From Opitutales bacterium (GTDB taxonomy: Bacteria; Verrucomicrobiota; Verrucomicrobiia; Opitutales; PNEW01), in NCBI GenBank assembly GCA_965219535.1, contig CBDCNV010000002.1:630001-662000 (forward strand): a stretch of DNA of 32,000 nt. Reading direction: 5' to 3'. Shown here in pieces: positions 1 to 7,543 of this stretch. Below the pieces are notes generated by a model. The model was not told the DNA's origin. It did no database searches and saw only the letters and a program-made list of their open reading frames with translations. The translations under genes were made by a program, and so were the position numbers. Every line of letters begins with the position of its first letter. The stretch's first letter is position 1.

Positions 1-798
1 CTGACGCCATTGTTCGATTACCACTTGCGCTTCAGCCACGCTGAGCAACACTTCACGGTTCAAACACTCATCGCGTAAGCGGTTGTGAAACGACTCGATG
101 AAACCGTTTTGCCAGGGACTGCCCGGATCGATATAGATCGCCTTTATGTTATTACCGGACAACCACTGCTGCACTTGATGAGCAATGAACTCACTGCCGT
201 TGTCACTACGGATATAGCTGGGAGGTCCCTCCTCTTCAATGGCCTCGCTAAGCACAGAGAGGACATCGGTTGAGGTGAGTTGACGAGCGACCCGGATATC
301 CAGGCATTTACGCGTATATGTCTTCGCTTCGCTTGAGTGTCGTCGCTTTCAGCTCCTCGGTACATCGATTAGAGTCATCATCTTTAATGGACCGCCGTTG
401 TCTGTACGATCATGGACAAAGTCCCAGGACCAAACGTGATTGCGACCCTTTGCTTTAGTAGGTGACCCCGTAGAGACTCCTTGACGGTGTCTGCCCTTTT
501 TCGGGGGCTTTACCTGCAGCCCTTCTGAACGTCGTACCGCCTGGACAAACTTCCTGCTTGTTGTCCAGCCTTCCTTTACCAGCAAGGCACGGATGCGCCG
601 GTAACCGTAGCGGGGATGTTTCCAGGACAAGCTCACAATCCGCTCGACCAACCGCTGAGCTTTCTCACTGGCCTGTTTGGGCCGGTAACTGAACGTTGAC
701 CAACTCAGGCTGAGATAAGCACAAGCCCTCCGCAACGAGCACAACCCTTTCTCAGCCGCAGCTTTTACTACTCGTTTCTTCTGCTTTGGGCTCACCAT
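1..798 (-). pseudogene. IS3-family transposase OrfB (DDE integrase core), partial at window edge, one in-frame TGA at 349..351
   Basis: Same frame on both sides of the TGA: ...WSWDFVHDRTDNGGPLKMMTLIDVPRS*KRRHSSEAKTYTRKCLDIRVARQL...SDNGSEF... Confidence 0.8.
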
Positions 799-804
799 TT
801 TTTT
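798..804 (-). promoter_or_regulatory. A7 slippery heptamer for -1 programmed frameshift orfA->orfB
   Basis: The - strand reads TCA AAA AAA TGG TGA in the orfA frame. The orfB frame (AAA AAA ATG GTG AGC = KKMVS) is -1 relative to it. This is the canonical IS3 arrangement. Confidence 0.6.
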
Positions 805-872
805 GACAGCGTTTCCTCCATTACCTGATTCTTGAGCATTTGATCTGCGAGCAGCTTCTTCAGCTCGGTATG

Positions 873-1085
873 TCAGGCCTTCTCGCTTGCGCTCGTGAAT
901 TCTTTTTCCAGCTCTTTAAATCGCTTCGCATCGGCAAGTTCTAAATTGCCATATTTTTTACGCCAGCGATAGAAAGTCTGTTCGCTCAGGTTGTTTCCAC
1001 GGCAGATTTCCTGTACCGTTTTACCGGTATCGGCTTGCCGCAATATTGTTATAATCTGTTCTGTTGTGTATCTTTTTCTTTTCAT
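873..1085 (-). CDS. IS3-family transposase OrfA (helix-turn-helix), closed by an in-frame TGA at 873..875
   Basis: MKRKRYTTEQIITILRQADTGKTVQEICRGNNLSEQTFYRWRKKYG is a typical IS3 OrfA HTH. After the TGA the same frame continues HTELKKLLADQMLKNQVMEETLSKKW (leucine-zipper part) up to the slippery site and stops at 792..794. Confidence 0.85.
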   Translation of the reverse strand: MKRKRYTTEQIITILRQADTGKTVQEICRGNNLSEQTFYRWRKKYGNLELADAKRFKELEKEFTSASEKA

Positions 1086-1150
1086 TGAGGTTATCTGTTT
1101 ATCCCGATAACCTCTCTCTGTAAATGATACGATTTTTGGGGGTCACTCCA

Positions 1151-1525
1151 CCAGAATATAAAACAAAAGAAAGCAAAGTTTGGTATGTTTCTATGGGGTC
1201 AGGAGCACCGATTGCTGATCCTTTTTTAGGATTTCTACGCCATGTTTTTTGGCCAGATAAGCCACCTCCGCTAAGTGAAGGAAAATTTTACGTATGTTTA
1301 GCTTTAGACCATGTCATTCATCTTAATACAGGTGGAATAAAAGGTCCAAAACAGGTTGCAGAAATACGGAAGGATAAAAAGGATAATTTCAAAGCATCAA
1401 TAGTAGATGACATAGAAATGAACGATCATACAGACAATGTACGAAGTCTTTATGACTACATTAGGGGTTATCTAAAAAAAGACGAGAAGTCTGGTTCAAA
1501 AAAGCCAGTATTAAGCCCCGAATAG
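1151..1525 (+). pseudogene. 3' fragment of a proteasome-type (Ntn-hydrolase beta-subunit-like) protein, 5' end removed by IS copy 1
   Basis: The track ORF 1124..1525 takes its first 9 codons from IS sequence. The native part starts at PEYK. VSMGSGAPIADPFLGFL...LSEGKFYVCLALDHVIHLNTGGIKGPKQVAEIRKD resembles the GSG...A / ...D..SGG.i.v..i half of proteasome beta-type subunits (by memory). Confidence 0.35.
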
Positions 1526-1752
1526 AATCAAACCTAATGAATGCCAAATGAGCAACACACAAAAGAAAATCGACAAAGCAGCTAAGGCATTAATGAAGAT
1601 GCCTGCACCCAAAGAGCATATAAGGCCAATCCCGACTAAGAAGGAATTAGAAAAGAAATTCGTTATGCGAGTAGATCGGAAGGGCAAGCCATCTATGCGT
1701 GAAGTCAAATAATGTATGATGTGGGATTAACTTGTGTTAGCCGTTTGTCAAC

Positions 1753-2631
1753 TTAGCTACATAAGTCCCCAAATAATTTATTCTTTGCTTCCCGAGATAA
1801 TTGATTCGCCACATGGGTATGAAAAATGCAGAGGGCGGTATTATGCGGAGCCTTGGCAATTACATCGGGAAGAATATCAATGGCGTCGCCGGTGAAAAGT
1901 CGGGGTGGTCTCTCGGTGAATATTTCTTTTGCCGCGGCCAAGAGACCGATGCGCTCTTTTTCCTCTGGCCAGATTAACGCTCTCAACCACAGACTCTGAT
2001 CACTGTCATTCAGGTCGATGACATTTAAATCAATGCCCATTCGCGAGTCTATAGGTGGAGACGTGTGAAGGAATTCCGGATTCTTTTCCCCATTGATGGT
2101 TGCATTGATTTTGACCGTTGATGTTTTATCCCCATATACATTGCCGTCGCCATAGGAGTAAGCATAATTGTCCCACAATAAATTTAATCCCGCACTGGTC
2201 CCGATCTCAATCAGCGAGAGGGGTGTTTCTTGCGCGTGTTTATAGATGCGGCAAAAGGAGGGGAATAAGTAAGAGCATCTTTTAATCACGTTGGTTTGAA
2301 CCCGCCGCGTTTTGAGAAGATCGGTAATCTCATCCCTATGCTCCCGGCAGAAGGCCAGAAAGTGGGGATAGCAAGCTTCTCGAGGTTCTGTTGATTCCGT
2401 CATACTTGGATAATAGGCAGCCAACGCAGAGGCGGGTGATTGCAATAGTAAATAGTGAACAGCGGCAAAGAGCATATTGGGGATCGGTTGCCCATCTTGC
2501 GCCTTCGAAGCCAAGGTAAGCATTTCAGTATCTTCCGCGATTACCATCGACAATTGTTCATATAACGGAGAGGAGTCCCTCGTCTCACTTTCAGCGAAGG
2601 CGCGAAATTTATCAGCGATATTATCCAGCAT
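1753..2631 (-). CDS. DUF2332-like protein (putative methyltransferase-fold protein of unknown function)
   Basis: 292-aa ORF. The N-terminus FRAFAESETRDSSPLYEQLSMVIAEDTEMLTL....PNMLFAAVHYLLLQ matches my recollection of the DUF2332 family. Confidence 0.55.
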   Translation of the reverse strand: MLDNIADKFRAFAESETRDSSPLYEQLSMVIAEDTEMLTLASKAQDGQPIPNMLFAAVHYLLLQSPASALAAYYPSMTESTEPREACYPHFLAFCREHRDEITDLLKTRRVQTNVIKRCSYLFPSFCRIYKHAQETPLSLIEIGTSAGLNLLWDNYAYSYGDGNVYGDKTSTVKINATINGEKNPEFLHTSPPIDSRMGIDLNVIDLNDSDQSLWLRALIWPEEKERIGLLAAAKEIFTERPPRLFTGDAIDILPDVIAKAPHNTALCIFHTHVANQLSREAKNKLFGDLCS

Positions 2632-2682
2632 AGTTTAGACTTTCTTTAACTACCTCCGGACTAGCGAGTCAAAAAATAAGCT

Positions 2683-2759
2683 TCAACTCTGCGTCGCGTC
2701 GTCAACAGGCTCGTAGCCAACCAACTCTCGGGCTTGTTCGATATCCCAGCGCATCCCGG
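2683..2759 (-). pseudogene. C-terminal remnant of an NAD-dependent epimerase/uronate-dehydrogenase-like SDR
   Basis: The - strand frame starting at the IS boundary reads GMRWDIEQARELVGYEPVDDATQS* (stop TGA = 2683..2685). This is the usual C-terminal W/D-I-x-x-A-x-x-L-G-Y-x-P motif of this family. Confidence 0.45.
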
Positions 2760-2786
2760 TGATCGGACCCCGTTTTTCGTACCAAT

Positions 2787-3752
2787 TTAAGTGAGAGAGT
2801 TACCGGGTGTTAATGGTTTTAGGATTGATGTATATGAGAGATCTTGGCGAAGTGAGGGCGTAGCCCGAACGCGGCCAAGATCGGAAAGGAATCTGACAAA
2901 CTCTTGTGGGCTTTTGAAGCCTAAACGACTGTGGGGATGTTCATGGTTATAGGTCTGACGCCATTGTTCGATTACCACTTGCGCTTCAGCCACGCTGAGC
3001 AACACTTCACGGTTCAAACACTCATCGCGTAAGCGGTTGTGAAACGACTCGATGAAACCGTTTTGCCAGGGACTGCCCGGATCGATATAGATCGCCTTTA
3101 TGTTATTACCGGACAACCACTGCTGCACTTGATGAGCAATGAACTCACTGCCGTTGTCACTACGGATATAGCTGGGAGGTCCCTCCTCTTCAATGGCCTC
3201 GCTAAGCACAGAGAGGACATCGGTTGAGGTGAGTTGACGAGCGACCCGGATATCCAGGCATTTACGCGTATATGTCTTCGCTTCGCTTGAGTGTCGTCGC
3301 TTTCAGCTCCTCGGTACATCGATTAGAGTCATCATCTTTAATGGACCGCCGTTGTCTGTACGATCATGGACAAAGTCCCAGGACCAAACGTGATTGCGAC
3401 CCTTTGCTTTAGTAGGTGACCCCGTAGAGACTCCTTGACGGTGTCTGCCCTTTTTCGGGGGCTTTACCTGCAGCCCTTCTGAACGTCGTACCGCCTGGAC
3501 AAACTTCCTGCTTGTTGTCCAGCCTTCCTTTACCAGCAAGGCACGGATGCGCCGGTAACCGTAGCGGGGATGTTTCCAGGACAAGCTCACAATCCGCTCG
3601 ACCAACCGCTGAGCTTTCTCACTGGCCTGTTTGGGCCGGTAACTGAACGTTGACCAACTCAGGCTGAGATAAGCACAAGCCCTCCGCAACGAGCACAACC
3701 CTTTCTCAGCCGCAGCTTTTACTACTCGTTTCTTCTGCTTTGGGCTCACCAT
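2787..3752 (-). pseudogene. IS3-family transposase OrfB (DDE), full length, one in-frame TGA at 3303..3305
   Basis: D in WSWDFV, D in SDNGSEF, and E 36 residues later in PWQNGFIESFHNRLRDE (DD35E-type spacing). C-terminal ...YNHEHPHSRLGFKSPQEF. Track ORFs 3303..3752 and 2787..3209 are the same frame split by the TGA. Confidence 0.85.
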
Positions 3753-3758
3753 TTTTTT
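3752..3758 (-). promoter_or_regulatory. A7 slippery heptamer (-1 frameshift), copy 2
   Basis: T7 on the + strand at 3752..3758, identical context to 798..804. Confidence 0.6.
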
Positions 3759-3826
3759 GACAGCGTTTCCTCCATTACCTGATTCTTGAGCATTTGATCT
3801 GCGAGCAGCTTCTTCAGCTCGGTATG

Positions 3827-4039
3827 TCAGGCCTTCTCGCTTGCGCTCGTGAATTCTTTTTCCAGCTCTTTAAATCGCTTCGCATCGGCAAGTTCTAAAT
3901 TGCCATATTTTTTACGCCAGCGATAGAAAGTCTGTTCGCTCAGGTTGTTTCCACGGCAGATTTCCTGTACCGTTTTACCGGTATCGGCTTGCCGCAATAT
4001 TGTTATAATCTGTTCTGTTGTGTATCTTTTTCTTTTCAT
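3827..4039 (-). CDS. IS3-family transposase OrfA (HTH), copy 2, closed by in-frame TGA 3827..3829
   Basis: Identical 70-aa translation to 873..1085. Confidence 0.85.
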   Translation of the reverse strand: MKRKRYTTEQIITILRQADTGKTVQEICRGNNLSEQTFYRWRKKYGNLELADAKRFKELEKEFTSASEKA

Positions 4040-4104
4040 TGAGGTTATCTGTTTATCCCGATAACCTCTCTCTGTAAATGATACGATTTTTGGGGGTCAC
4101 TCCA

Positions 4105-4484
4105 GGGGTGTCAGCGGTAATTTTATTCGGTTCGGGAATGTCCTTATAGCCACCCATCGCGTGATTGGAACTGGCGAATATTACCCGCTTAACGCCTCCC
4201 TTAACGGATGCCGAGAGAGTATTGACCACGGCATCGATATTCGGGCCAACGACTTTATCCCAAATTTGATTAGCCGTTGGATCTGCTGCCATATGTACTA
4301 CCGTATCGACACCTTGAAAGTGATCGCTCCATGATTCGCTCCAAACACTCAAATCTGCCTGATTGATTTCTTTATCGCCACGGGGGTCAATGTCCAAGAG
4401 CCGCAAATCATAGCGGCCCTGAAAATGCTGCCTCAGCTTGTTGCCAATGTTGCCCGCCGCACCGGTGATGAGCACTGTCTTCAT
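4105..4484 (-). pseudogene. 5' part of an NAD-dependent epimerase/dehydratase (uronate-dehydrogenase-like SDR) gene, truncated by IS copy 2
   Basis: MKTVLITGAAGNIGNKL (TGxxGxxG Rossmann motif) ...RVIFASSNHAMGGYKDIPEPNKITADTP. From 4104 the ORF runs into IS sequence (GVTPKNRIIYRERLSG is IS-derived). Confidence 0.75.
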
Positions 4485-4495
4485 GTAATTTTTTA

Positions 4496-4514
4496 GGTTC
4501 CGGGTTCAACGTTC
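4496..4514. repeat. Left arm of inverted repeat flanking the four-helix-bundle gene
   Basis: GGTTCCGGGTTCAACGTTC matches the reverse complement of 5014..5032 (GGTTCCGGGTTCCACGTTC) at 18/19. A looser match extends to about 25 nt. Confidence 0.8.
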
Positions 4515-4980
4515 AGAGTTCAGGGTTGCCGTTCGGCCATTCCATTTCTCCGGTTACTAATTCAGGATATGGATATCCAGTTTCGTCTACTGCAGATGAA
4601 GGTTTCTTTTGTTCCTGATTAAAATTATGTAGATACTTAATGAAACCTCTAATTACGGCTCGAGTGCGGCCTGCATGTTCATACACTTCTTGGAATTCAG
4701 AATTAGAGATGTATTTTTCATCTAAAGCAACATAGAGTTCACTTTGCACTTCTGTACACGACCGCTTGGCATAACGCAGAAAACGTATAAATTCAGGGGT
4801 GGAATCAGCATCAAAGCCCTCGGCTATATTATGCATTGCTGATCCAGCTGCATTCTGGATTTGATTCTTTAAACCGTAGTCTTTTGAAAAATGAATTTTC
4901 TTAGTCAATGCGTATACTTTTATAGCCAAATCTCTAGCAAGCTGCCATGCTTCAATATCCTCAAAGCGATTAATTTTCAT
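4513..4980 (-). CDS. Four-helix-bundle protein ('23S rRNA intervening sequence protein' family) with a roughly 38-aa C-terminal extension
   Basis: MKINRFEDIEAWQLARDLAIKVYALTKK...KNQIQNAAGSAMHNIAEGF....FIRFLRYAKRSCTEVQSELYVA is the family signature. The tail ...EWPNGNPEL is encoded by the repeat-like GTTCAG/GGTTC sequence. Confidence 0.8.
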   Translation of the reverse strand: MKINRFEDIEAWQLARDLAIKVYALTKKIHFSKDYGLKNQIQNAAGSAMHNIAEGFDADSTPEFIRFLRYAKRSCTEVQSELYVALDEKYISNSEFQEVYEHAGRTRAVIRGFIKYLHNFNQEQKKPSSAVDETGYPYPELVTGEMEWPNGNPEL

Positions 4981-5013
4981 AATTAATAGCGCAAATTACT
5001 AATAATTAACCCG

Positions 5014-5032
5014 GAACGTGGAACCCGGAACC
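5014..5032. repeat. Right arm of inverted repeat flanking the four-helix-bundle gene
   Basis: GAACGTGGAACCCGGAACC. See 4496..4514. Confidence 0.8.
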
Positions 5033-5061
5033 TCTCAACCCTCCCTGGACACAACTCACCC

Positions 5062-7371
5062 CTAACTACTACCGCCCGCAGCGAGGGCGGGTTCTTCTAC
5101 GGGGTGCTGCATGGCAGCGACGATGCGATCCGGGCTCATGGGCAAATCATAAAGTCGCTTGCCGATGGCATGGTAAATGGCATTAGCAACGGCCGCTAAG
5201 GGCGGGACAATGGGTACTTCACCTACACCGCGGATACCGTGCGGGCTATCCGGGTTGGGAACTTCCACTAATATTGTTTCAATCATCGGGAGATCCAGTG
5301 AAGTTGGCATCCTGTAGTCCAGAAAACTGGTGTTATCGATGGTGCAATCTTTATTATAAAAAAACCCTTCATTGAGTGCCCAACCGATTCCTTGAACGAC
5401 ACCTCCTTGAATCTGGCCTTCTACGTAGCTGGGATGAATTGCCGTGCCGACATCCTGAACCGCGGTGTAACGCAAGATTTCTACTTTTCCGGTTTCAGGA
5501 TCAACCTCGACATCGACGATATGGGTAGCAAATGCGTTGCCTGGCCCGCTTGCATTAATAGATCCACTGCCGGTTATAGGACCGCCGGTACTGCCCTGTT
5601 CGGCAGCGACTTCCTTAAAGGAGAGACGTTTGGTCGAGTCCGATTTGCAAATGAAAATACCATTCTCAAATTCTACATCACCCTTTTCAATCTCAAGTTG
5701 GGCTGCCGCTCGTATGCACATTGCTTTTATGACATCTTGAGCAGCGAGGTAGCAAGCATGCCCGGTAGCGTAGGTGACTCTGCTCCCACCGGTGCCATCA
5801 GTATAAGCGATAGAATCGGTGTCGGCGACTATGGGGTTGACTTCGTTGACACTCAAGCCCAACTCTTCCGCGACGATCATGGCCATGGAGGCACGCGTTC
5901 CACCAATATCTACAGAACCTTCGATGAGGTTGACAGTACCATTAGTCGTAACGTTTATGACGGCAGCTGACTGCCCCCCGCCATTAAACCAGAAACCTGA
6001 TGCCACACCGCGGCCGCGATTGGGCCCTTCCAGTTTACTTTTATAGTGGTCCGATTGCACGGCTGCATCAACCGTTTCTTCACAACCTATTCGGTTGAAA
6101 ACCACACCGTCTGCGCGACGATCACCCTCTTTAGTGGCGTTCATGCGACGAAATTCCAGAGGATCGAGCTCGAGCTTCTCCGCGATCTCATCCAAAATCG
6201 CTTCCGCGGCATGGGCACCGTTGGGCGCACAGGGCGCGCGGTAGGCTTGTGATTTTGGTTTATTTAGCACGACATCGTAGGCGTCGACATGAAGGTTCTC
6301 TATATTATAGGGAGAGAACATGCAGGTGGCACCAGCACCCATAGCCGATCCGGGGAAGGCTCCCGCTTCAACACACATTTTTGCTTGCGCCGCCGTAATC
6401 TTGCCGTCCTTGGTAACGCCCACTTTCACGTGAATGTAAGATCCGGGGGCGGGGCCTGAAGCTTCAAAGACTTCAGTGCGCGACATCACAATTTTAACCG
6501 GATGGCCGGTCTTGTGGGACATTATCGCCGCGGCTGGTTCCATATAAATGGGGAATTTCCCGCCAAAACCGCCACCAATTTCACAGGGAATAACTTTTAT
6601 CTTGGAGATCGGTACTTTCAATACATCGGAAAGTTGGGCGCGAATTTGAAAGGGTCCCTGGGTGCTCACCCAGACCGTTACACTCCCATCCTTTTTCCAA
6701 TGGACGGTTGTATTGTGAGGTTCGATATAGCCTTGGTGGATCGTCGCATTCGTATACTCACGCTCCATAACAATATCTGCCACGGAAAACCCCTTCTCGA
6801 CATCGCCGAGTTTAAAAAGATTGTGCGTCGCGATATTGCTATGCTTACCTGTATCTTCGCCCATCGCTTGCGTCGTTCTTTCTTCATCGAGCAGGGGAGC
6901 GTCATCTTTCATCGCTTCGCGGACGTCTACTACACCTGGCAAAGTTTCATAATTTACCTCGATCAGATCCAAAGCTTCTTCCGCGATATGCGGACTGGTA
7001 GCAGCGACTGCGGCCACCGCGTGGCCTTTATAAAGAACTTTATCTGAAGCCAGGGAGTTACTCGCGATCTCTCGGATGTCGACAACGGTTTCGCCAATAT
7101 TGGCAAGTTTGCTCACTGTCTCTACCAAATCATCAGCGGTTGCCACCGCGCGGACGCCAGGCAGTTTCATTGCTTTACTCGTATCTATAGATAAAATCCG
7201 CGCGTGAGCATGGGGGCTGCGTTTGATTTTTCCATAAAGCAGATCCGGGATACGCACGTCAGCTCCGTAGATGGCACGCCCTGTTACTTTATCCCAACCG
7301 TCGTGCCGAATGGGACGAGAGCCAATTACTTTGTATTTACTGTTACCGTTGCCTGAAAAATCCTGTATCAT
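5062..7371 (-). CDS. Xanthine dehydrogenase/aldehyde oxidase family molybdopterin-binding (large) subunit
   Basis: 769 aa. N-terminus KVIGSRPIRHDGWDKVTGRAIYGADV, then GGGFGGK and the C-terminal RGVGEVPIVPPLAAVANAI, typical of the family. GAGGA lies 8 nt before the ATG. Confidence 0.85.
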   Translation of the reverse strand: MIQDFSGNGNSKYKVIGSRPIRHDGWDKVTGRAIYGADVRIPDLLYGKIKRSPHAHARILSIDTSKAMKLPGVRAVATADDLVETVSKLANIGETVVDIREIASNSLASDKVLYKGHAVAAVAATSPHIAEEALDLIEVNYETLPGVVDVREAMKDDAPLLDEERTTQAMGEDTGKHSNIATHNLFKLGDVEKGFSVADIVMEREYTNATIHQGYIEPHNTTVHWKKDGSVTVWVSTQGPFQIRAQLSDVLKVPISKIKVIPCEIGGGFGGKFPIYMEPAAAIMSHKTGHPVKIVMSRTEVFEASGPAPGSYIHVKVGVTKDGKITAAQAKMCVEAGAFPGSAMGAGATCMFSPYNIENLHVDAYDVVLNKPKSQAYRAPCAPNGAHAAEAILDEIAEKLELDPLEFRRMNATKEGDRRADGVVFNRIGCEETVDAAVQSDHYKSKLEGPNRGRGVASGFWFNGGGQSAAVINVTTNGTVNLIEGSVDIGGTRASMAMIVAEELGLSVNEVNPIVADTDSIAYTDGTGGSRVTYATGHACYLAAQDVIKAMCIRAAAQLEIEKGDVEFENGIFICKSDSTKRLSFKEVAAEQGSTGGPITGSGSINASGPGNAFATHIVDVEVDPETGKVEILRYTAVQDVGTAIHPSYVEGQIQGGVVQGIGWALNEGFFYNKDCTIDNTSFLDYRMPTSLDLPMIETILVEVPNPDSPHGIRGVGEVPIVPPLAAVANAIYHAIGKRLYDLPMSPDRIVAAMQHPVEEPALAAGGSS

Positions 7372-7439
7372 ATCAATTTCCTCTGTTGTTTGGCGCCAAA
7401 TCTAATGCGATTTCTATTTACTGTTACTTATTATAAATA

Positions 7440-7464
7440 AAGATGGAATTGTAAATACCATCTT
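7440..7464 (-). terminator. Weak hairpin, candidate intrinsic terminator after the YceI-like gene
   Basis: AAGATGG (7440..7446) pairs with CCATCTT (7458..7464), 11-nt loop. On the - strand it is followed by TATTTATAATAA. AT-rich stem, so only tentative. Confidence 0.3.
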
Positions 7465-7543
7465 ATTTTCCCAGTACTGGCAAGTCTGAGATATACGGTA
7501 CTATCTTAATTTTTACTCACATCGGGGTCAGGGGTCAAAGTTC

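Larger units (their letters stand above)
1..1150 (-). mobile_element. IS3-family insertion sequence, copy 1 (its orfB-distal end lies left of the window)
   Basis: 1..1150 reads the same as 2955..4104 (identical ORF translations, lines compared by eye). Identity stops exactly after ...GGGGGTCACTCCA at 1150. Carries orfA (HTH) and orfB (DDE) on the - strand. Confidence 0.9.
2760..4104 (-). mobile_element. IS3-family insertion sequence, copy 2 (complete, about 1345 bp)
   Basis: Imperfect terminal inverted repeats. The - strand from 4104 reads TGGAGTGACCCCCAAAAATCGTATCATTTACAGAGAGAGGTTATCGGG. The + strand from 2760 reads TGATCGGACCCCGTTTTTCGTACCAATTTAAGTGAGAGAGTTACCGGG. TG...CA termini. Flanking triplets CGG (2757..2759) and GGG (4105..4107) do not match. 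Confidence 0.85.

Noticed and set aside
85-365. ORFs 85-273 (+) and 144-365 (-), and their twins 3039-3227 and 3098-3319, inside the IS
   Set aside because: They are antisense or out of frame relative to the transposase OrfB frame, which reads cleanly through this region apart from the single TGA.
1511-1708. 65-aa two-TM ORF on the - strand taken at face value as a membrane protein
   Set aside because: It is the antisense of a Lys-rich 54-aa + strand ORF (1548-1712), and Phe/Leu-rich antisense artefacts are expected there. Neither is annotated as a feature; the ambiguity is reported in the findings.
3303-3829. In-frame TGAs of the IS as selenocysteine codons or as evidence that the host uses a TGA-sense genetic code
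   Set aside because: Host genes end at TGA (for example 9907-9909 and 25882-25884), and the FDH uses a Cys codon at the Sec position. I saw no SECIS-like hairpin directly after either TGA. Donor-code or read-through ideas are kept only as hypotheses in the findings.
4053-4104. 3' extension of the SDR ORF (GVTPKNRIIYRERLSG) and the 5' start of ORF 1124-1525 (MIRFLGVTP)
   Set aside because: Both stretches are IS-derived sequence, identical in the two copies. They are chimeric read-throughs and not native coding sequence.
4513-4980. Presence of a 23S rRNA gene, because the four-helix-bundle family is known from rRNA intervening sequences
   Set aside because: The flanking sequence is protein-coding (XDH-family and SDR genes). 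No rRNA-like sequence is present in the window.
5392-7047. Several + strand ORFs (5392-5970, 5537-5740, 5819-6046, 6046-6252, 6502-7047) inside the xanthine-dehydrogenase-family gene
   Set aside because: They are antisense shadow ORFs of a well-supported 769-aa gene. Their translations are low-complexity with no recognisable motifs.
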